64,000 bases of DNA from the sequence record NC_019410.1. One strand, 5' to 3'. Of this stretch, positions 45,524-54,598 are shown in pieces. A program made the translations under genes and the position numbers. Each line of letters starts with the position of its first letter. Position 1 is the stretch's first letter. Below the pieces are notes generated by a model. The model made no database searches and was not told the DNA's origin. It saw only the letters and a list, made by a program, of their open reading frames with translations.

Positions 45524-45876
45524 AGCGCCAGACCCAGATGGACCTCAACGGGATCACCCGCGCCGAGGCCGCCTGCGTCGCGGCCCTGATCCACGGCACG
45601 CGGCTGAAGTTCGTCGACCGCGCGCCCGACGGCTATTATCGGGTCGTGGCCATGGTGACGCGCGATCTCACGCACCAGAAGCCCGACGGGCGGGTGCGGC
45701 TGAAGTGCTACGAGCGCAAGTTCTCCCGCCCGACCATCGACAAGCTGGTGGCGCGCCGGGCGCTCCAGGTCGTCCAGATGGACGAGCAGGGCCGCGTCCA
45801 GATCGCCGCCTCGGCCGAGATGGTTCACGCCTGCATGGCGCTGCACGGGATCAGACTGAAGAGGCCCGGCGGATGA
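45520..45876 (+). CDS. hypothetical protein, wHTH-like family (118 aa)
   Basis: GTGA coupling; FSRPTIDKLVARRALQVVQMDEQG. Confidence 0.7.
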   Translation: MKRQTQMDLNGITRAEAACVAALIHGTRLKFVDRAPDGYYRVVAMVTRDLTHQKPDGRVRLKCYERKFSRPTIDKLVARRALQVVQMDEQGRVQIAASAEMVHACMALHGIRLKRPGG

Positions 45877-46202
45877 TCCGGCGCCGCGTCACCCGGCGAC
45901 AGGCCGAGGCCAGGGCCGCCTATCGCGTCGCCGACGCGGTCGGCTATCTGGGGCCGCACCATCTCCTGGTCGAGAAGGTCCCCGGCGGCTGGGTGCTGGT
46001 CGATCGCCTGGAAGGCAACTACGCCCGCCGCGAGCCGCAGGACTTCATGACCTGCACGACCGACGATCTTTCCGAGGCCACGCGCTGGGCCTGGAACTCG
46101 ATCACCGAGGCCTGCGCCCAGTGCCGCCTTTCGCTCCAGGCCATCGCCTGGGATCACCTGCTGCGCCCGGTCCAGTACACCCTCAACAAGGAGCCCCTGT
46201 GA
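45873..46202 (+). CDS. hypothetical protein (109 aa)
   Basis: ATGA coupling; MIRRRV. Confidence 0.65.
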   Translation: MIRRRVTRRQAEARAAYRVADAVGYLGPHHLLVEKVPGGWVLVDRLEGNYARREPQDFMTCTTDDLSEATRWAWNSITEACAQCRLSLQAIAWDHLLRPVQYTLNKEPL

Positions 46203-46531
46203 GCGCCGCCTTCCGCGTCAAGCGCATCCTCGACTACATCGAGGGCCTGCGCGCCATGGGCGATGGCCGCCCCGCGACGATCCACGTCGACCACATCCGG
46301 GGCGACGTCTACCGCCTGCGGGTGATCGAGGCCAACGGCGAGACGTCCTATGGCTTCTACTCGCCGCGCCACTACTCGGCCGATCTCATCCCCGCCGCGC
46401 GCGGCGTCTTCTCGCGCTTCCGCCTTAGCTCGATCCGCGACGGGGTGCTGCTCTGGCGCGACGACGCGGACCTGGAGATGATCTCCTGCGACCACCGCCA
46501 GCGCCCGATCGACTTCGTCGTCCGCGCCTGA
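46199..46531 (+). CDS. hypothetical protein (110 aa)
   Basis: AAGGAG RBS, GTGA coupling. Confidence 0.7.
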   Translation: MSAAFRVKRILDYIEGLRAMGDGRPATIHVDHIRGDVYRLRVIEANGETSYGFYSPRHYSADLIPAARGVFSRFRLSSIRDGVLLWRDDADLEMISCDHRQRPIDFVVRA

Positions 46532-46563
46532 GCCAACGTCGCGAACCGTGACCGTCATGACGC

Positions 46564-46592
46564 TTGACACGCCCGCAGGGCCGCGCTAACCA
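46564..46592 (+). promoter_or_regulatory. sigma70-type promoter
   Basis: TTGACA-N17-TAACCA upstream of the 373-aa gene. Confidence 0.55.
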
Positions 46593-46744
46593 TTTTCCTT
46601 AACGCAACCCATACGAAAATCCTGGTCCAGGGCGCCGCTGAACAGGCTCCCCGGCCGCGCGAAGCCCCGGACCCCAAAAGGGTGTCGCCCGAGGGCGCCG
46701 TAGGCGGACGCCAAATTTTTTCGTAAGAATGAGGAAATACATCC

Positions 46745-47866
46745 ATGCCCCGTGGTCCGCTGGTCGAGAAGTACGTCAAGGGCAAGCTCTACAGCCAGCG
46801 CCAGTTCCGCCGGCTCATCATCGACACCCTGCGGGCCATCCTCGATCTGCCCGGCTACGAGAAGGGGGCGCGCGCCCGCGACATCGCCGACAAGTTCGGC
46901 GACCCCGCCTGGGTCGAGGCCGAGAACCTGCGGCTGATCGCCGTCACCCTGAACAACCTCAAGACCCAGGGGCTGGTCAAGCAGATCGAGCGCGGGCTCT
47001 ACAAGGTCAACGAGGCCAAGGTCGATCTGGGCCTGGACCAGATGGAGCAGACCGAGCAGACCATCGCCGAGGTCCTGCGGGCCGAAGGGGGCTACGCCAA
47101 GCGCCGGGTGATCGACCGCGAGCACGACGCCGACAGCCAGTCGACCGACGTCAAGGCCGGCGACATCCAGCGCACCCTCACCCGCGTGCTGATGAACAGC
47201 CAACGAATCCAGAAGGCCTACGGGGGGATGGTCTACGCCTTCTACAACCTCCCCCAGGCCGAATTGTCCCTCCTGCCCCAGATGGGGAAGTGGCTCCACC
47301 TCCAGTCGGCCGCCGCCACCCGCATGCTGACCGGCCAACCCTCCCACGAGGTCTACGGCCTGATCGAGAAGGCCACCCGCCTCCAGTACCGCCACATCGG
47401 GGCGGTCTTCAAGTTCGTAATCGACCACATCGACGAGGACTTCGCCGACGCCGCGCGCGGCTTTGAGCCCCTGCACGAGGCGATGGCCGAATTCAACGAC
47501 GCCTTCTCGGACGTCAACGCCGGCGCCCGGAACAAGATCGAGGACCGGTTCGGCCCCGAAGGCGAAGACCACCGCCAGATGCGCGAGGCCGGCAAGACCT
47601 ACACCGAGATCGACGACGCGCGCGAAGCGGCCTTGCGCGCCTACGACGCCGAAGCCCCGCTGCGGCTGATCGACCTCTTCTGCGAGGGAAACCCCCAGGC
47701 CCACGAGCGCGCGCCGCTCTCTTTCTACGAGGCGTTCGCCGACTGGGCGATGCTCGACGCGGCCCAACTCAGCCGGGGCATCCTCGTCGCCGACTTCACC
47801 CGCGCCAAGCGGATCAAGAAGCTCGACGACCGGGAAGACGGCCCGCTGCCCGGCTATGAGGGCTGA
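46745..47866 (+). CDS. 373-aa DNA-binding protein with tandem wHTH-like domains (candidate replication initiator or regulator)
   Basis: GAGGAA RBS; ARDIADKF...IAVTLNNLKTQGLVKQIERGLYKV; directly followed by AT-rich island. Confidence 0.7.
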   Translation: MPRGPLVEKYVKGKLYSQRQFRRLIIDTLRAILDLPGYEKGARARDIADKFGDPAWVEAENLRLIAVTLNNLKTQGLVKQIERGLYKVNEAKVDLGLDQMEQTEQTIAEVLRAEGGYAKRRVIDREHDADSQSTDVKAGDIQRTLTRVLMNSQRIQKAYGGMVYAFYNLPQAELSLLPQMGKWLHLQSAAATRMLTGQPSHEVYGLIEKATRLQYRHIGAVFKFVIDHIDEDFADAARGFEPLHEAMAEFNDAFSDVNAGARNKIEDRFGPEGEDHRQMREAGKTYTEIDDAREAALRAYDAEAPLRLIDLFCEGNPQAHERAPLSFYEAFADWAMLDAAQLSRGILVADFTRAKRIKKLDDREDGPLPGYEG

Positions 47867-47920
47867 TCGGCTGGAGGCCCAAAAGGGCTGGCCGCTCTGG
47901 GTTTGTCAACCAAAGCCCTA

Positions 47921-48172
47921 CTCCTCTATGGTCCATAAAGGTACACATATTAAATACATTCTTAGTTTACTCTGTATATGTAAACCTCTCCCTATACTCT
48001 CTATACCCTCTAAAAGCTAACCTAATTAAATACATAGTTAGTAATATGTGTGTCTTTCTACCATTTTACTACCCAGTTATTTATTATAGTTAGTTTTTCT
48101 CCTATAGTGTAGGGTAGAGAAGAGAAGAAAGGATGAAAAGTGGACTATCTACTAAATGAATAGATAATAATC
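47921..48172. other. AT-rich non-coding island, candidate replication origin
   Basis: 68 G+C in 230 nt (about 30%) over 47941-48170; IR ACACATATTA/TAATATGTGT; DR ATTAAATACAT. Confidence 0.55.
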
Positions 48173-48456
48173 CCTGCCGGGCAGACCTCGAAATTGGCGT
48201 CGAGCAAATCCCGAGCAAATCCTGGTCGCCTCGCCGCCTCGCCGAGGGGATCGACACGGTATGCAGGACCCGGAGGGAGAGCGGAGCGTGTCCAGGCCGT
48301 GTCGGCGGTGGTCCTGGCGATCTCCCTGCCGGGAGACCCGTCGACCGCCCAACCCGTCGACCGTCCTGCCGAGAAACGACCCGTCATCCAACACGGCGTC
48401 CAGGTCCCGGAGGGCAAGAGCCCGATAGGGCGGGTTCGGGCCGTGTCGGCGGGGAG

Positions 48457-48485
48457 TTGACAGTCGTTGATCACGACGCTAGACG
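48457..48485 (+). promoter_or_regulatory. sigma70-type promoter
   Basis: TTGACA-N17-TAGACG; CACGACG/CGTCGTG inverted repeat spans the -10. Confidence 0.55.
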
Positions 48486-48567
48486 TCGTGAATCTTGACA
48501 TACGCCCGTCTGCATGAGAGACGTGGTTAACGAGATGGGCTGCTCCAAGGCCCCTCGGGAGCCACCC

Positions 48568-49278
48568 ATGCCGACCCCCACCACCCTCCGCTCGACCTCG
48601 CCGTCCGATCCGCGCCCCACCGCCATCGACCCTGACGTCCTGGCCCTGGCGATCGGCAAGGTCCTGCCCGACATCCTGGGCTGGGCGCGTCTGCGCCAGC
48701 CGGGCTTTGGCGAGGCCGATGTCCACCACGCGGTGGTCACGGCGCTGCACATCGCGGGCCTCGACGCCTTCCGCCTCGGCGTGGTCCTGGCCTCGCAGTT
48801 CAACTGGTCGGTCGACTACAGCCTCGTGCGCCTGCTCGACAGCGTCATCGAGGCCCTGCCGACCGCCTACCGGGCGGTGACCGGCCGCTGGGTCGCCCGC
48901 ACCGGCACCCGCTTTCCGGCCAAGGAAGGCGACACCATCGAATTCCTCGACGCGGCCGGTCGCCGCCGCGTCGGCAAGGTGGTCGGGGTCGCGGCCCTGA
49001 CCGCCACGGCCTATGTCCAGCCCGCCGTCGGCACCGAGTTCACCGATCCGCCGGTCGAGATCGCCGCCGAGGCGGTGGTCGCCAACGTCACCCAGAAGCG
49101 CTACCAGCCCGAGCACCCGATCCTGGGCGCACGCTACGATGACGCCCCAACGCTGGGGGCTCTGGCCGAGGCCGAACGCGCCCGCCGCACTGACGCGGCG
49201 GCTTCGCCGAGGACGCCGGCGCCCCACCCGCACCTGACCGACTTCCGCCCGGACCCTGACGGGCCGGCCATCGCCTGA
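48568..49278 (+). CDS. hypothetical protein (236 aa)
   Basis: GGGAG RBS before ATG 48568. Confidence 0.7.
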   Translation: MPTPTTLRSTSPSDPRPTAIDPDVLALAIGKVLPDILGWARLRQPGFGEADVHHAVVTALHIAGLDAFRLGVVLASQFNWSVDYSLVRLLDSVIEALPTAYRAVTGRWVARTGTRFPAKEGDTIEFLDAAGRRRVGKVVGVAALTATAYVQPAVGTEFTDPPVEIAAEAVVANVTQKRYQPEHPILGARYDDAPTLGALAEAERARRTDAAASPRTPAPHPHLTDFRPDPDGPAIA

Positions 49279-49288
49279 GACCCTCCCC

Positions 49289-49462
49289 ATGAGCCTTTCC
49301 TTCAACGACGATCCCGAGCAATGCGTGCGTGACGCGCTGGACCTCGACCTGGACGAGGTGGCGGTGGTCTGCCGCGACGCCTCGGGCGAGGTCTATGTCC
49401 TGGCCTCCACCAAGGGCCGGCGCCTGGAGCGCCTGCTCGCCGACGGGGTCGACCTGACGTGA
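49289..49462 (+). CDS. hypothetical protein (57 aa, below ORF-track cutoff)
   Basis: Manual translation MSLSFNDDPEQCVRDALDLDLDEVAVVCRDASGEVYVLASTKGRRLERLLADGVDLT; stop overlaps GTG of resolvase. Confidence 0.6.
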   Translation: MSLSFNDDPEQCVRDALDLDLDEVAVVCRDASGEVYVLASTKGRRLERLLADGVDLT

Positions 49463-49974
49463 AGATCATCGGCGTCGATCCGGGCATCGCCGGCGGCGTC
49501 GTGCTGCTGGACACCAAGGCCTGCACCCTGGCGGTTCACGACATGCCGACCGAGCCCTCGACCAAGGGCCGGCGGCTGGCGTCCTCGGCCCTGTTGACCG
49601 TCTTCCTGCACGACGTCGCCCCCGATCACATCTTCCTCGAAGAGGTCGGGGTCCGGCCCGGCGAGGGCGCGGTCGGGGCCTTTTCGTTCGGGCGCGGCAT
49701 GGGACGCCTGGAGGGCGTGGCGGCCGGCACCCGCACCCCGCTGACCATGGTCACGCCCCAGGAATGGAAGCGCGTCACCAAGACCCCGGCCGACAAGAAG
49801 CGCGCCATCGCCCGCGCCTACCAACTCTTCCCCCGCTGCGTGAAGCTCTTCCAGGGGCCGCGCGGCGGTGAAAAGGACGGGCGCGCCGAAGCCGCCCTGA
49901 TCGCCTTCTACGGGGCGATGAAGCTCGGCGCCGTCCCCTCCTCTCCCATCGACCCGGCGGAGTTTCCGGCTTGA
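49459..49974 (+). CDS. ruvC: RuvC-like Holliday junction resolvase
   Basis: IIGVDPG, FLEEV, AFSFGRGMG, DGRAEAALIA catalytic motifs. Confidence 0.88.
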   Translation: MKIIGVDPGIAGGVVLLDTKACTLAVHDMPTEPSTKGRRLASSALLTVFLHDVAPDHIFLEEVGVRPGEGAVGAFSFGRGMGRLEGVAAGTRTPLTMVTPQEWKRVTKTPADKKRAIARAYQLFPRCVKLFQGPRGGEKDGRAEAALIAFYGAMKLGAVPSSPIDPAEFPA

Positions 49975-50615
49975 CCCAGCCCCAGTACCTGACGCGCCAA
50001 GCGCTTTTCCGCCGCCGCCAGCGCGGCGACATCTGGCCCGTCCACGACGATGTCTACTACAGCGCCGGCGCCTCCACCGTCGTCGACGATCCGCGCGAGC
50101 CCAACATCGTCCCGACCGGGGTGCTCGACGCGGCCGGCGAGATGCTGCTGAAGGTCCACATGCCGATCAAGGTCCCGATGGGCTTCGCCCTGCCGGTGGT
50201 CGAGGATCGCGACGACGCCGACGAGGTGGTCTCCTACGTTCCCGAGAGCCAGTTGATCGTCTCCGACATCGGCCTGGGGCGCGGCTATGTCACCCCCGAG
50301 GAAGCCGACGCCGGCGAGATCGACGGCCATGAGGCCCACGAGGAACACCCCGGTCAGGCCTCGATCCGCATCCCCGCCACCAAGGAAGTGATCGCCGCCC
50401 ACGGGGCGATGGGCGAGGCGGCCGAACGGGTCGCCGATCAGGTCACCGCCCTGCACCTCGATCTCACCCCCGAGGGGATCATCGTGCTGCGCGGCCTGAT
50501 CGCCGCCCAGGGCGAGGCGCTGATCGCCTTCCTCCAGGCGGCTCACACCGCGCGGGCCGAGGGCGGCGAGGCAGACGAAGCCGAGGACGAGGACGATGGC
50601 CCCGAAGAAGCCTGA
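49971..50615 (+). CDS. hypothetical acidic protein (214 aa)
   Basis: TTGA coupling. Confidence 0.7.
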   Translation: MTQPQYLTRQALFRRRQRGDIWPVHDDVYYSAGASTVVDDPREPNIVPTGVLDAAGEMLLKVHMPIKVPMGFALPVVEDRDDADEVVSYVPESQLIVSDIGLGRGYVTPEEADAGEIDGHEAHEEHPGQASIRIPATKEVIAAHGAMGEAAERVADQVTALHLDLTPEGIIVLRGLIAAQGEALIAFLQAAHTARAEGGEADEAEDEDDGPEEA

Positions 50616-50901
50616 CCTCTCGACCCGGTCGGGCGCGGCCCGCCATAGCGCCGAGCGCGACAAGGCCCTCGACGCGGCGGTCTCCGCCTTCCACGAGGCG
50701 GTTCGGATGTACACGGGTCTGACCGCCCAGGCCAACCTCAACAAGGTCCGCCCGGCCATCGTCGAGGAGTACCGCTTCGGGGCGATCGCCGCCTTCGAAG
50801 CCCTGCTCGACAACATGAAGACCGCCTCCGACGCCCTGGTGATCCTCAACGCCGTGCGCGGGGCCTCCCCGCCCGACAAGCCCAAACGCACCGAGCTTTA
50901 G
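50596..50901 (+). CDS. hypothetical protein (101 aa)
   Basis: GAGGA RBS. Confidence 0.7.
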   Translation: MAPKKPDLSTRSGAARHSAERDKALDAAVSAFHEAVRMYTGLTAQANLNKVRPAIVEEYRFGAIAAFEALLDNMKTASDALVILNAVRGASPPDKPKRTEL

Positions 50902-50904
50902 ATC

Positions 50905-51780
50905 ATGCCGCGCCTTTCCAACGATCGCCACGAGATGTACGCCCTGATGCGGGCCAAGGGCATGAAGCCGCAAGCCGCCGCCCAGGCCGCCGGCTTCGTG
51001 GCCGGCTCGTCGATCTACGCCGAACTGGAGAAGGACCCCGAGGTCCAGGCGCGCGCCCAGGAACTGCTCGACGAGAACAACCTCAAGCGCGAGCAGATGC
51101 GCACCGCCGCCACCGAGGCGGCCAAGGTCGTCGGTCAGGTCTCGGGCCTGTCCAAGGCCTGGGTGCTTCAGAAGCTGGCCGAGAACGCCCAGATGGCGGC
51201 CCAGGACGGCGACTACAAGGAGAGCAACGCCGCCCTCAAGCTGATCGGCGACGAGTTCGGCATGTTCAGCGGCGCTTCCTCGGAAGGGACCGAGGGCCAG
51301 AACGGCGAGCGCGTCTACGACCTCGACGGGCTGAGCGCCCTCCTCGTCAAGGGAACCTCGGCGATCCCCGTGCCGCCGCCCAAGGTCGACCCCTCCGCCG
51401 CCTTCGACCTGATCGCCGGCAACGGGGCCGCCGCCCGCCGCGCCCGCGAGAGCCGGGCCTTCTCCGACGGCGAGGAAAGCGACGCGGTGTTCTCCGAGGA
51501 CGCCGATATCGACGCGGTCATGGACGGGGCCTGGAGCGGCCCCAGCCCCGACGACTACCTGGAGGCCGAAAATTCGCGCCAGGAGGCCCCTGAAGCCGCT
51601 GACCGACCCGAGCCCCCGGCCGACCCCGTTCCGGCCGCTGGCGACCCCGCGCAAGAGCCGGAGACCTGGGAGCAGATCGATCCCAAGACCTCCCCCGAAG
51701 CGATCATGGCGCGCATCCAAGCCGCCGGCCAATCCCCGACTTCCAGCGATGACCGGCCCAAGCGCCGCTCCTCGCGCTGA
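50905..51780 (+). CDS. terS: probable terminase small subunit (291 aa)
   Basis: N-terminal HTH RHEMYALMRAKGMKPQAAAQAAGF...KDPEVQARAQEL, coiled coil, acidic tail; directly upstream of TerL. Confidence 0.65.
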   Translation: MPRLSNDRHEMYALMRAKGMKPQAAAQAAGFVAGSSIYAELEKDPEVQARAQELLDENNLKREQMRTAATEAAKVVGQVSGLSKAWVLQKLAENAQMAAQDGDYKESNAALKLIGDEFGMFSGASSEGTEGQNGERVYDLDGLSALLVKGTSAIPVPPPKVDPSAAFDLIAGNGAAARRARESRAFSDGEESDAVFSEDADIDAVMDGAWSGPSPDDYLEAENSRQEAPEAADRPEPPADPVPAAGDPAQEPETWEQIDPKTSPEAIMARIQAAGQSPTSSDDRPKRRSSR

Positions 51781-51792
51781 CCCTAGAACGCC

Positions 51793-54525
51793 GTGAGCTA
51801 CTATCCGATCGAGGACCGCGCCAAGGCCCGGTCCGTCGTCAAGAACCTGCTGGACCTTCAGCGCGAGGCGGTCAAGGCCTCTCGCGGCGGCCTGATCCTG
51901 CCGCCCGACCAGAAGGCGATCATCACCCAGGTCACCGAGACCGAGGACCCGGCCCGCTGGGTCGACCTCCTGGGTCAGTTCGCCGATCGCGTCCAGACCG
52001 ATCACCTCGCCCGGCTCAAGCCCCTGGCCAAGCACGACTTCAACGCCTTCTGCGAATACGTCAACCCCGAGGAGGCCCCGGCCTCCAAGTGGCACGTCTA
52101 CCTGACCTCGCTCCTCCAGGAGATCGAGAACAACCACGAGCTTGAGCGCTTCGTGCTCAACTGCCCGCCCGGTCACGCCAAGCCGCTCGACGTCGACACC
52201 GAGGTCCTGATGGCCGACGGGTCCTGGAAGCGCCTGGGCGACATCACCGTGGGCGAGTACGTGGTCGGCGAGAGCGGCGCGCGCTGCAAGGTCACCGCCG
52301 TCCACGAGCAGGGCGAGCTTGCCACCCTGAAGATCACCACCGCCCACGGCCGCCAGATCATCGCCGCCCCCGATCACGCCTTCCGGGTCGGAAACACCTG
52401 GAAGGAGGCGGGCAAGCTGCGGCCGGGCGACGCTCTGTCCGTGGTCGGCGCCGCCAACCTCAACTACGACGCCAGCGGCAAGACCATCGACCACTTCGAG
52501 CTTGCCGCCTACCTCCAGGCCAAGGGCGGACGCTCCTACTTCCACCGCGTCCACAAGAGCGGGCCGAAGACCTACCGCAACGTCTTCCTGTGGACTTCCG
52601 ACCACCGCGAGGCCAGCAAGATCAGCGCCTGCCTCAAGCGCCTGGGGATCGCCTTCAAGGGGCGTCTGGCCAAGCACGAGCAGGTCTGGAAGATGCGTCT
52701 GGCCACCGAATGGGGCGACGCCCTGGCCGAGGAGTATGGCCTGGACGCGCGGATCGACGCGCGGCGGGTTCCGGCCTTTGTCACGAAAGGCGACGAGGAG
52801 CAGATCGCCCGCTACCTGTCGACCTACGCCTCCCTGGCCGGCGAGGCGCCCGACCGCTACACCATCCCGCGCATCATCCTCTACTTCAAGAACCCGGCCT
52901 TCGCCCGCGACATCCAGCGGCTGTTCGCCGTGGTCGGCGTCAACGCCCGCATCGAGGGGCGCAAGACCGGCCGCACCCGGCTGATCCTGTCGGGGCCGGA
53001 CCTGGAGGCCTACTTCGCCGCCGGCCTGACCTACACCGGCCCCAACGCCGACAAGCTCGACGACAAGCGCGTGGCCTTCCCGACCTCGCCCTCGCTGCTG
53101 GCCGACACCGTCACCTGGATCGAGCCGCACGGCGTGCGCCCCTGCCGCTGCCTGACCGTCGAGGACGAGCACACCTTCATCGCCGAAGGCGTGGTGGTCC
53201 ACAACTCGACCTACGCCTCGCGCCTGTTCGTGGCGTGGCGCCTGGGGCGCGATCCGCGCCAGAAGATCATCGGCGGCGGTCACTCCCAGCGCTTCGTCGA
53301 GAACGAGTTCTCCGGCAAGATTCGCAACCTCGTGCGCACCCCGCAATATCGCGACGTGTTCCCCGACGTGGTCATCGACCACGCCACCTCGGCCAAGGAC
53401 ATGTGGGCGATCGCCGGGCACGGCGGGCAGTACGCCGCCAAGGGCGCGGGGCAGGCCATCCACGGTCTGCGCGCCCACTTCGTCTGCGTCGACGACCCCT
53501 ACCGGTCGATCGAAGTGGCCGAGTCCGCGATCGAGCGCGAGAAGATCAAGACGTGGTTCTTCGGCGACGTTGGCTCGCGTCTGTTGCCGCTCGCCAAAGT
53601 ATTCCTCATCATGACGCGCTTCCATGAGGAAGATTTGACCGGGGAGATCATCAAACTCAACCAAGAAGTTCTCACCGGCGCCGACCGTTATCACATCGTT
53701 GAAGCGCCCGCCCTGTGCTACGACCCCGAGAACGACGTCCTGGGCCGGGCTCTGGGCGAAGTTTTGTGGGACTACTATGACTTGCATTATTTCAAGCGCA
53801 AGCGGTCCGAGTGGAAGTACCAAAGATTTGCTTTGGTTTATCAACAACTTGCCGACGCGGCCTCGGACACCTCCATCGCGTCCAAGTTTCAGACCTACGA
53901 TCACCTGCCCCACCTGGAGCCGAAGGTGCTCAAGGCCCGGCTTGACGCGGGTCACGCCGACGAGCGCGGGCGGCCGATTCCGGACCGCAAGGAGCACTTC
54001 CGGCGGGTGGTGGTCAGCGTCGACTCGGCCAACAAGCCCGGCGCCCGCAACGACTACAGCGTCGCCCAGGTCTGGGGGGAGACCCACGCCCGCAAGCACT
54101 ACCTGATCTACCAGGAGCGCAAGAAGGTCGACATCACCGGCCTGACCGAGATGATCGAGCGGGTGGCCAAGCGCTACGAGGTCGACGCCATCCTGGTCGA
54201 AGACAAGGGCAACGGCACCGCCTACATCCAGGCGCGGGGCCAGACCGACAGCCAGCGGCGGCTCGCCCCGGCCCCGATCGAGGCGATCCAGGTCCCGAGC
54301 ACCTATTCCAAGGAGTTCCGCTTCAACGAGATCGTCCCGATGATCGAGGCCGGCGAGGTCTTCCTGCCGGGCAAGGCCCCGTGGCTCGACCTGCTGATCC
54401 GCGAAATCGGTCAGTTCCCCGAAGGCGCCCATGACGACCAAGTCGACGCCATGACGCAGTACCTCCGCTGGGCCAAGTCCAAGCGCACGCGGTTCGGCGC
54501 GCGCAAGGTCGGCTCGATGGGCTGA
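51793..54525 (+). CDS. terL: terminase large subunit with intein (910 aa precursor, ~569 aa spliced)
   Basis: Walker A PPGHAK/S split by intein; Walker B FVCVDDP; coupling motif MTRFH; nuclease VVSVDSA...NDYS...HDDQVDAMTQ. Confidence 0.95.
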   Translation: MSYYPIEDRAKARSVVKNLLDLQREAVKASRGGLILPPDQKAIITQVTETEDPARWVDLLGQFADRVQTDHLARLKPLAKHDFNAFCEYVNPEEAPASKWHVYLTSLLQEIENNHELERFVLNCPPGHAKPLDVDTEVLMADGSWKRLGDITVGEYVVGESGARCKVTAVHEQGELATLKITTAHGRQIIAAPDHAFRVGNTWKEAGKLRPGDALSVVGAANLNYDASGKTIDHFELAAYLQAKGGRSYFHRVHKSGPKTYRNVFLWTSDHREASKISACLKRLGIAFKGRLAKHEQVWKMRLATEWGDALAEEYGLDARIDARRVPAFVTKGDEEQIARYLSTYASLAGEAPDRYTIPRIILYFKNPAFARDIQRLFAVVGVNARIEGRKTGRTRLILSGPDLEAYFAAGLTYTGPNADKLDDKRVAFPTSPSLLADTVTWIEPHGVRPCRCLTVEDEHTFIAEGVVVHNSTYASRLFVAWRLGRDPRQKIIGGGHSQRFVENEFSGKIRNLVRTPQYRDVFPDVVIDHATSAKDMWAIAGHGGQYAAKGAGQAIHGLRAHFVCVDDPYRSIEVAESAIEREKIKTWFFGDVGSRLLPLAKVFLIMTRFHEEDLTGEIIKLNQEVLTGADRYHIVEAPALCYDPENDVLGRALGEVLWDYYDLHYFKRKRSEWKYQRFALVYQQLADAASDTSIASKFQTYDHLPHLEPKVLKARLDAGHADERGRPIPDRKEHFRRVVVSVDSANKPGARNDYSVAQVWGETHARKHYLIYQERKKVDITGLTEMIERVAKRYEVDAILVEDKGNGTAYIQARGQTDSQRRLAPAPIEAIQVPSTYSKEFRFNEIVPMIEAGEVFLPGKAPWLDLLIREIGQFPEGAHDDQVDAMTQYLRWAKSKRTRFGARKVGSMG
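52183..53205 (+). mobile_element. intein (341 aa), Pro1 / Cys-F4, degenerate LAGLIDADG domain
   Basis: Starts PLDVDTEVLMADGSWK; block B AAPDHAF; block F CRCLTVEDEHTF; ends GVVVHN with Ser+1. Confidence 0.92.
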
Positions 54526-54598
54526 CGAGGCCCGTTAACCACGTTTGTTAACCTCCGCCGGGGCCTTAACCCTAACACGGCGAGGGTTAACAGGTCCA

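Noticed and set aside
47921-48172. DnaA-box-defined origin
   Set aside because: No TGATCCACA/TTATCCACA boxes seen, so the origin hypothesis rests only on composition, repeats and the adjacent gene
50479-54441. 1320-aa minus-strand ORF (similarly 28549-31008, 12820-14190, 9219-10484, 46586-47767)
   Set aside because: Antisense shadows of real high-GC3 plus-strand genes; no RBS or domain motifs
54535-54551. Full CtrA site after terL
   Set aside because: TTAA-N9-TTAA, not N7; at most half-sites
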